This document shows, piece after piece, positions 57,331-64,000 of a DNA stretch of 64,000 nt. The notes under the pieces are model-generated. The model saw only the letters and a program-made list of their open reading frames with translations, ran no database searches and was not told the origin of the DNA. This stretch comes from Thermoproteota archaeon (lineage in GTDB: Archaea > Korarchaeota > Korarchaeia > Korarchaeales > Korarchaeaceae), in assembly GCA_027491415.1 (NCBI GenBank), contig JAOZFH010000050.1, forward strand, positions 22,778 to 86,777. The letters are read 5' to 3'. A program made the translations under genes and the position numbers. How positions within the stretch are numbered: position 1 is the first letter of the stretch; each line of letters opens with the position of its first letter.

Positions 57331-60300
57331 ATGACCGCGGCTCCAAGATGTCCCGTCCTGGCGGCATCTTTTATCCTGACGCTGATCTTGGTCACAACGG
57401 TTGCGCCTGCATGGGCCGCAGACGCGCCGGCGCTCGAGACCAAGTCCATCCTCGTGACTCTAAGCCCGCCAGAGGTTCACCTCAAAGCAGTCGAAGGCAA
57501 GTACGATCTGATCACGATACCTGGGGCCGACCTGCTGATCAAGCCCGGGTATCCCATCCTACCCTGCGTTACAGTAACGCTGACTCTGCCGCCAGGCGTG
57601 GAGTTGGCATCAGTCGATGTGTCGGCGGAGTACGAGGTGCTGGAGGGGAAGTACAGGATAGCTCCGGGTCCCGAGCCCAGGCCCCTGGGCCCACCCTGGC
57701 TCAACGACACGAGGCTAAGGTACGAGGCGGAGCCCTACCCGGCCGTCTACTCTTCGATGGAGTTCCTCCCTACAGAGAATTTCACCTACTCGCTGCACTT
57801 CGGGCTGAACGTCGAGACGATGCGAGACGCGACCTTCCTGGCCGTGAGGCTCTTCCCAGTGAAGTACTCGCCAGCCCTCGGTGAGGTGAGGTTCGCCAGG
57901 GAGATGAGGGTCACCGTCACCTACAGGGTCCAGAAGGCGCCCGTTCAGACCTATGACAAGAGCCTGGTGATCATAACGAACTCGACCCTCCTGACTGCGG
58001 CGAACGACCTGGCCGCCGCCAGGCAGGCCCAGGGCTGGAGCGTCCTTGTCGTCACAACAGATGGAATCGATGCCAACTACACGGGGGGCGACCTACAGGA
58101 GGAGATCAGGTCATTCATCGCCGACAAGAGGGCTGAGGGCTACGCCTTCTTCCTCATCTTGGGAGACGCGGATCAGGTTCCGGTGAGGCTCGCCTACATA
58201 CCTGACGGTTACGACGACTCCGACAATCCCGACTACTCCGGTGACGGGTCCTTTGTCGAGACGGACCTCTACTACTCCGACCTGCAGGGGACGTGGGACT
58301 CGGACGGCGACGGCCTCTACGGCGAGCTCGGGGAGGTGGATGGGGTGCCGGATGTCCTGCTGGGCAGGCTCCCCGCGAGCACGCTATCAGAGGCCCAGGC
58401 CATGGTCTCCAAGGTCGTGAACTACTCACCAGACTCCTCTTGGTTCTACCGATTCCTCTTCGTGGGGACCGTCACCTTCGACGACGCCTTGCACCCTGAG
58501 GGAGAATACCTCAACGACGTGATAGAGTACCAAGACCTGCCTGATCAGTACCACTGGGTCAAGCTCTACGATCAGCTCAACAACCTCTCGCCAAGCTCCG
58601 TGCAGGAGCAGATAAACACGGGGTACGGCTTCGTGAACTTCGCAGGCCACGGAGATCCAAATGGGTGGTACTCTGGACCACTCTACGGGTACCGGACGGT
58701 TTACTCGTCGTCCTGGGCCGCTTCTCTGAATAACTCCACCGCCCCCGCGATAGTGGTCACGATGGCCTGCATGACGGCCAGGTTCGTGGACGTTGACTCC
58801 ATAGGGGAGGTCTTCGTGAAGAATCCCGACGGAGGAGCTGTGGCGTACTTCGGTGCCACTAGGGTGGCGTGGGGCTACGGGGGCTTCTACGTAGATGCCG
58901 GGCTGGCCGGCAAGATGGACAGGCTTTTCGTCCAGGAGCTGCTGTCGGCGGTCAGCTCGACCGACCTCTGGGTTGGGGCGGCCCACTCGTCGGCGATAGC
59001 CGCGTACGTTCTGACGTTGGGCATATCGGATGTCCACGACTGGAAGACCGTCGCCGAGTACGGCACGCTGCTGGGGGACCCGACGCTCGAGCTCCTGCCC
59101 TCGGGAGTCCCGCCGACGCCAACCCCAGAGCCGAAGCTCTACGGCCACGTCACGGACTCCAACGGCCTGCCGGTCGGAGGGGCCACCGTCTCGCTCTACA
59201 ACTACGACACCGGGGCACTCCTGGCGCAGACCACGACCGGCGCGGACGGATACTACGAGATTCCCCGGGGCTCAATCCCGCCGGTGGCCGCCAGGCTGAG
59301 AGTCTCGGAGACTCCAACCACGCAGGGAGGGGTGAAGACGTTCTACCTCGTCAGGGACCAATTCAGGGTCGATATGTCGGTCCTGGCGAAGGGATTCCCG
59401 CCTAACACCGTGCTCTTCGTGGTCGACGACGACGGGAGCGGTCAGGTCGACGTCGGCGTGTGGCCTGACGAAATTGCAGGGGTCATCTCTTCCCTGGGAT
59501 TCAACGTGGTGGTCTATCGTGAGAGTGAGTACGGCGAGCCGACCCTCGACATCCTGCTGGAAGCGGTGGCCGTTTTCTGGCACGTGGGGACCTACTACGG
59601 GGAGGCCATCTCGGCCAGCGACGCGGACCTCCTTATCCAGTACGTGAAGAGGGGCGGGTCCCTAGTGGTAGAGGGGGAGGACATAGCCTACGACCACGGG
59701 TCTGACCGATTCATGACCGAGGTGGCCCACGCCGTCTATGAGGTGGACAACGCCGACTCTGCAGGCATCGACGTTACGTTGGACCACTTCCTGACTTCGG
59801 GCCTACCGGCGTCGTTCACGTTCAACGTCACCCCACCGTTTCCCGACGGGGTCTCCCCGCACGGGGGCTTCGAGTTCCTCAGGTACACCGGAACACCCTA
59901 CTCGGCGGCCGTGGCCTACGATGGCATCGGCGGGAACGGATCCAGGGTCGTCTACTTCGCCTTCCCGCTCCACTACCTCAACTCGACCCACCGGGAGACG
60001 CTCGTGAGGAATGCCATACTGTGGGTGCTGGGAGGCGACTCCACTACCCCCGTGGTCCTCGCCGACCTGCCCCACGTGCTGGAGGGTAAGATTAGGGTGA
60101 ACCTCACGGTGGTCCACCCAGACGGCATCTCGAGCGTGGGCTACGGCGTGGACGGAGATCCAACTACCCCGACGCAAGTGGTCGACGGCTCGGCCGACGA
60201 GGCCAGGGAGGACGTGTTCATTGAGTTAGGCGCTTCCTCCCTGGCCGAGGGCGAGCACGTCCTGACGATCCAGGTGCGAGGCGCCTCCGGAAACCTCAGC

Positions 60301-60603
60301 CTCTCGTTCAGGGTCTACGTGGTCCACCTCCAGGAGAAGTGGACCATGATATCGGTCGCGGAGCCGACCAGGGATAACTTGACGGCCAAGGACCTGGGCA
60401 TGGCCATAGGGGAGGCCTGCGGAGTGGTCGCGAGGTGGGACCCAGCCACCGGGAGGTACTACTCTTACCTGCCCGGCATCAGCCCTGACGACTATGACTT
60501 CCTCATCCTCAGGGGCTACGGCTACTTCGTCTTCTTGGGGTATCCGGCTCCGCTCGCGTGGATAGAGGGGCAAGAGAGCGTGAACAAGGAGGGGTGGGCG
60601 TGA
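57331..60603 (+). CDS. C25 (gingipain-like) cysteine peptidase with propeptide and accessory domains
   Basis: Propeptide PGYPILP; FLILGDADQVP, TDLYYSDL, LGRLP, catalytic NFAGHG and TMACMTARF, GGAVAYFG, LLGDP. Confidence 0.9.
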   Translation: MTAAPRCPVLAASFILTLILVTTVAPAWAADAPALETKSILVTLSPPEVHLKAVEGKYDLITIPGADLLIKPGYPILPCVTVTLTLPPGVELASVDVSAEYEVLEGKYRIAPGPEPRPLGPPWLNDTRLRYEAEPYPAVYSSMEFLPTENFTYSLHFGLNVETMRDATFLAVRLFPVKYSPALGEVRFAREMRVTVTYRVQKAPVQTYDKSLVIITNSTLLTAANDLAAARQAQGWSVLVVTTDGIDANYTGGDLQEEIRSFIADKRAEGYAFFLILGDADQVPVRLAYIPDGYDDSDNPDYSGDGSFVETDLYYSDLQGTWDSDGDGLYGELGEVDGVPDVLLGRLPASTLSEAQAMVSKVVNYSPDSSWFYRFLFVGTVTFDDALHPEGEYLNDVIEYQDLPDQYHWVKLYDQLNNLSPSSVQEQINTGYGFVNFAGHGDPNGWYSGPLYGYRTVYSSSWAASLNNSTAPAIVVTMACMTARFVDVDSIGEVFVKNPDGGAVAYFGATRVAWGYGGFYVDAGLAGKMDRLFVQELLSAVSSTDLWVGAAHSSAIAAYVLTLGISDVHDWKTVAEYGTLLGDPTLELLPSGVPPTPTPEPKLYGHVTDSNGLPVGGATVSLYNYDTGALLAQTTTGADGYYEIPRGSIPPVAARLRVSETPTTQGGVKTFYLVRDQFRVDMSVLAKGFPPNTVLFVVDDDGSGQVDVGVWPDEIAGVISSLGFNVVVYRESEYGEPTLDILLEAVAVFWHVGTYYGEAISASDADLLIQYVKRGGSLVVEGEDIAYDHGSDRFMTEVAHAVYEVDNADSAGIDVTLDHFLTSGLPASFTFNVTPPFPDGVSPHGGFEFLRYTGTPYSAAVAYDGIGGNGSRVVYFAFPLHYLNSTHRETLVRNAILWVLGGDSTTPVVLADLPHVLEGKIRVNLTVVHPDGISSVGYGVDGDPTTPTQVVDGSADEAREDVFIELGASSLAEGEHVLTIQVRGASGNLSLSFRVYVVHLQEKWTMISVAEPTRDNLTAKDLGMAIGEACGVVARWDPATGRYYSYLPGISPDDYDFLILRGYGYFVFLGYPAPLAWIEGQESVNKEGWA

Positions 60604-62219
60604 TGAAGTGGGTCACGGGGAAGGAGACCCTCAGGACCGCGCTGACCGCGTTGATCGCGGGCCTGCTGCTGGTCGGCTGGCTCCCCGGGGTGAGTCCGGC
60701 ACACGCCCAGGGGGTTCCGGCGGTGATCTACGGTTACGTATACATGCCCGACGGCTCCCCCGCCGAGGGCGCGAGCGTGACGGCCACGTGCGACAGCGAC
60801 TCGGGGTCGACGACGACCCGCTCGGACGGATACTACCAGATCACCCTGTCGATAGAGGGCACCCAGAATGTGAGGGTGTCGGCATCCAAGGACGGCCTGA
60901 CGGCCGTGAAGTACGTGAACGTGAACGAGGGCACGGGCTCCATTCGTGTCGACCTTACCCTCAAGAGCGAGTCCGGAGGCGGTGGCGGCGGGGGCGGTTG
61001 GACCGGAGGAGGAGTCTCATACGTCAGGATACTCGGGGTCACAGCTCGGGAGACCGCTATCGGTGACCAGGTTGAGATCCGGCTGAAGGTGCTGAACGAG
61101 GGAGATAAGGCCGCCGGGAACATACAGGTCCTGATCTATCTCGAGGACTGGACCCTCCTCGAGACCGTCGACGTCGGGACGACCATACCGGCCGGCTCAG
61201 AGAAGACCATCAAAGTCAGATTCGACTCTGAGCTCTTGGGCGAGGGGACGCACCACCTGATCCTGGTCCTGGTGACTTCTCAGGGCTCCGCGAAGGTCGA
61301 GGTAGACGTGAGCGTGGTCAGTAAGGCAGTCCTCGAGCTGTACCTCGTCGCCCCACAGCTGGTCGAGCCCGGCCGAGACGTGTGGGTCAACGGGACCGTG
61401 CGGAACGCCGGGAAGGTGACTGCCCGGGGAGTGAAGGTCAGGGTGACGCTGGCCGGGAGGACGGCGGCCTCCGCCTACCTTGGGGACCTCCCTCCGGGCC
61501 GAAGCGTGGACTTCTCCCTCCTGGTTAGGGTGCCCGAGAACGTGACCGGCACCGTTAGGCTGGAGGTCATCGTGACGGGGAGGCCAAACTTAGAGGTGAG
61601 GGAGGTTAGGGTGCTGACGGCAGCCTCCGCGGCCGGGGCGTCCGTCGCCTGCGCGGCCTTCGACGCCTCGGAGGGGTGGGACGCCCTGACCTGGGCGAGG
61701 TCGGCGGTGGATCTCGCCTCCAACCTCACGGGTACGGAAGAGGGGTTTGACAGACTGGTCGACCTTGAGGAGCTGCTTGAGCAGGCCGCCCGGGCCGCTC
61801 AGGCAGGAAACTGCTCGGGCGCCCAGGCAATCCTCGAATCGGTGCTAGGCGAGGCTGGGAAGGTGGCCGAGGAGGCCATGTCGCGCTCCGCCCAGTGGAT
61901 CGCAGGCGAGGCCGACAGGCTGGGGTCGCTCGGGGACCCAAGGGCCTCCGCTTTCTCCGAGGCGATAAGATCCCTGCTCGTTGCGTACGAGGCGTCAGAG
62001 TCCCCAGAGGTGAGGTTGAACCTCCTCTTGTCCGCGGCAAAGCTGATCTCCGCCGCAAACTCAGCGTTGGCCCCAGGGGGTGGGCAGACGGAGACGCCGC
62101 CTCCACAGACAGCAGAGCCCGAAGTCGGCGAGCCGTCCAGGGCGCACTCGCTGGTCATAATTGCAGTGTCTGCGGCCGCAGGGGCCGCATTGGGGATGCT
62201 CGCCGCCAAGAGGAGGTGA
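60603..62219 (+). CDS. surface protein: carboxypeptidase-regulatory-like + CARDB/Ig domains, C-terminal TM anchor
   Basis: IYGYVYMPDGSPAEGASV, Gly linker, VLNEGD, VRNAG, TM + KRR; TGATG overlap with the C25 gene. Confidence 0.8.
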   Translation: MKWVTGKETLRTALTALIAGLLLVGWLPGVSPAHAQGVPAVIYGYVYMPDGSPAEGASVTATCDSDSGSTTTRSDGYYQITLSIEGTQNVRVSASKDGLTAVKYVNVNEGTGSIRVDLTLKSESGGGGGGGGWTGGGVSYVRILGVTARETAIGDQVEIRLKVLNEGDKAAGNIQVLIYLEDWTLLETVDVGTTIPAGSEKTIKVRFDSELLGEGTHHLILVLVTSQGSAKVEVDVSVVSKAVLELYLVAPQLVEPGRDVWVNGTVRNAGKVTARGVKVRVTLAGRTAASAYLGDLPPGRSVDFSLLVRVPENVTGTVRLEVIVTGRPNLEVREVRVLTAASAAGASVACAAFDASEGWDALTWARSAVDLASNLTGTEEGFDRLVDLEELLEQAARAAQAGNCSGAQAILESVLGEAGKVAEEAMSRSAQWIAGEADRLGSLGDPRASAFSEAIRSLLVAYEASESPEVRLNLLLSAAKLISAANSALAPGGGQTETPPPQTAEPEVGEPSRAHSLVIIAVSAAAGAALGMLAAKRR

Positions 62220-62283
62220 TCCCCGCGCCCGGCTGAGCGCGCGTTATTCAGGTTGCCGGCGGGCCAGTCCTCCCGTCGTCGCC

Positions 62284-62327
62284 AACCACCCTCCGCGGGT
62301 TCCTCCCCCGACCCGCGGAGGGTGGTT
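62284..62327. repeat. perfect 17-bp inverted repeat
   Basis: AACCACCCTCCGCGGGT-N10-ACCCGCGGAGGGTGGTT. Confidence 0.85.
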
Positions 62328-62341
62328 AGGTCAGACAACCT

Positions 62342-62368
62342 TACTACGTCCGTAGTACTTTTATTATA
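62342..62368 (+). promoter_or_regulatory. palindrome next to TATA box of the subtilase gene
   Basis: TACTACG-TC-CGTAGTA followed by CTTTTATTATA. Confidence 0.6.
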
Positions 62369-62401
62369 CGCCCTCAGAGCGGGCCCAGCAGGTGAAAAAT
62401 T

Positions 62402-64000
62402 TTGAAGAGAGGTCGCAGGACCCTGCTGTTCGTGGTGGCCGTCTTCTTCCTCACAATCCTGAGGATACCTGTGGCCGCCGCTCCAAAGGCGCCAGGGAAG
62501 CCGCAAGTTCAGATGATCGACCCGAAGTACTTCCAGGTCGAGTACGCCGGGTGGCCAGGCCCGGAGCCAGAGGCGGCGCTGAAGTTGCCCAGCGGTCCCC
62601 TCGCGCCCGATGAGCCCGACCTGGCGGGCATAAGGGCGCTCTACCCTGGAGACAAGGCCCGCGTCATAGTGCAGTTCGACGGGCCGATAATGCTCGAGTG
62701 GACGCAGGAGCTGGAGTCCATGGGGGCGGTGGTGGAGACCTACATCCCCGACAACGCCCTCCTCCTGACCGTCCCCAGCGACCTGGTCAACGAGCTGCTC
62801 GGCGTGGAGCACGTGAAATGGATAGGCCCGTTCAGGCCCGAGTACAAGATGACTCAGAGGACCGCCCTCCAGCTCGGCGCCGCCGGCGGGGATGTCCCGA
62901 TGCTGGTCAAGGGGTTCTCGGCCGACTCGCCGGAGGACCTCAGGAGGGCCGTCGAATCCGTCGGCGGGAGGGTGGTCAGAGAGCTGCCGATGAACGGGGC
63001 CTTCGTCGTCCTGCCGGCCGACGCGGTCGACGATTTGGCGCAGAGTGCGTACGTTCTCGCTCTGGACTTTCTAGAGCCGAAGTCCATAGTCGCCCCGAAG
63101 GTCCTCTCCGGGGAGGCGGCGCCTCTGGAGCACGTTGAGCCGGAGAACTACTGGGCGGGACAGGTCACGGGTTCCTACTGGCTGACTCGCCTCTGGGGGA
63201 TAAGTGGTGCAGGGATCACGGTCGCCGTGGGCGACACCGGCCTCGACATCGGGGACTCGGTCGGGGTCGACGACGACGGGGACGGGCTGGTGGACGAGGA
63301 TCCGGTGGAGCCGGGGTGCTGGATAAACAACGACGGGGACTACTTGATAAACGAGGACGACCCCGACGACGACAACGACGGGCTGGTGGACGAGGACCCG
63401 GTGAACGGCATAGACGATGACGGAGACGGCTATGTGGACGAGGATCCCGTTGCGGGCCTTGACGAGGACAACGACGGGCTCTTCGACGAGGACCCGGTGA
63501 ACGGGGCGGACGACGACGGGGACGGGCTTATCGACGAGGACCCCGCCGGGATAGACAACGACTTCGACGGGATGATAGACGAGGACCCGGTGGAGACCGC
63601 GCCGCCCTGCGCCGACGACGACGGGGACGGGCTGATAAACGAGGATCCGGCGGGGATAGACAACGACGGCGACGGGCTGATCAACGAGGACCCGTACGAC
63701 GACGACATGGATGGGAGGCTCAACGAAGACCCGCCGAACTACGGGGACAACGACGGAGACGGCCTCTTGGATGAGGATGGGATGTCCGACGACGCCGCGT
63801 GCGGCCTCCCGGACTTGGATGGGGACGGGTTCTGGTACATGGACGACGACGATGATGATGGCCTCTTCGACGAGGACTCGGTGAACGGAGCGGACGACGA
63901 CGGAGATGGCCTGGTGGACGAGGACCCGGCCGGGTGTGACAACGACGGGGACGGGCTGGTGGACGAGGACCCCGCTCCCTGCGAGGACGACGACGGAGAT
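62402..64000 (+). CDS. S8 subtilase (Kp43-like), 5' part, open at window end (not in ORF track)
   Basis: TTG62402 signal peptide; propeptide IVQFDGPI..W..ELESMGA..YIPDNA; catalytic Asp motif GAGITVAVGDTGLD; no stop codon before 64000. Confidence 0.85.
   Translation, partial: MKRGRRTLLFVVAVFFLTILRIPVAAAPKAPGKPQVQMIDPKYFQVEYAGWPGPEPEAALKLPSGPLAPDEPDLAGIRALYPGDKARVIVQFDGPIMLEWTQELESMGAVVETYIPDNALLLTVPSDLVNELLGVEHVKWIGPFRPEYKMTQRTALQLGAAGGDVPMLVKGFSADSPEDLRRAVESVGGRVVRELPMNGAFVVLPADAVDDLAQSAYVLALDFLEPKSIVAPKVLSGEAAPLEHVEPENYWAGQVTGSYWLTRLWGISGAGITVAVGDTGLDIGDSVGVDDDGDGLVDEDPVEPGCWINNDGDYLINEDDPDDDNDGLVDEDPVNGIDDDGDGYVDEDPVAGLDEDNDGLFDEDPVNGADDDGDGLIDEDPAGIDNDFDGMIDEDPVETAPPCADDDGDGLINEDPAGIDNDGDGLINEDPYDDDMDGRLNEDPPNYGDNDGDGLLDEDGMSDDAACGLPDLDGDGFWYMDDDDDDGLFDEDSVNGADDDGDGLVDEDPAGCDNDGDGLVDEDPAPCEDDDGD
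63269..64000 (+). repeat. coding tandem acidic repeats DxDxDGxx[DN]ED(P)
   Basis: At least 14 complete units, e.g. DDDGDGLVDEDP, DNDGDGLINEDP. Confidence 0.9.

Noticed and set aside
61799-62812. 337-aa minus-strand ORF
   Set aside because: Antisense to two well-supported plus-strand genes
63269-64000. Possible CRISPR array or DNA tandem repeat
   Set aside because: Units vary at synonymous positions and stay in frame, so this is a protein-level repeat
1-64000. tRNA, rRNA and transposase genes
   Set aside because: No cloverleaf/TpsiC pattern, rRNA-like tract or transposase motifs were recognised by eye; a tRNAscan/ISEScan run would confirm

Overview
High-GC archaeal chromosome segment. AGG/ATA codon use, TATA-box promoters, archaeal pyr, Prx, CydAA' and HEPN-MNT genes point to a thermophilic TACK-type archaeon (Korarchaeota-like is my inference, not proven). 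Main contents: an orphan N6-adenine DNA methyltransferase; a TPP riboswitch controlling thiBPQ; an accessory/decaying region (about 14-31 kb) with three toxin-antitoxin pairs, a DUF3307-SatD operon with a perfect operator, and a 2.7 kb direct-repeat-flanked islet of RiPP (PqqD/MFS) remnants; the pyrF-E-K-D operon; an oxygen-defence cluster (Prx, CydAA', flavodiiron protein); a nucleic-acid-processing cluster (SfsA, MJ1316, PLD-LTD surface enzyme, intein-containing HerA, NurA, divergent CARF-like/wHTH regulator); transporters; and secreted proteases (C25 gingipain-like, and a subtilase with at least 14 acidic Ca-binding-type repeats inserted in its catalytic domain). The best candidates for an undescribed system are the CARF-like regulator / nurA / herA(intein) module and the DUF3307-SatD module. 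No tRNA, rRNA or CRISPR array was seen. All family calls come from motif recognition by eye, with no database searches.
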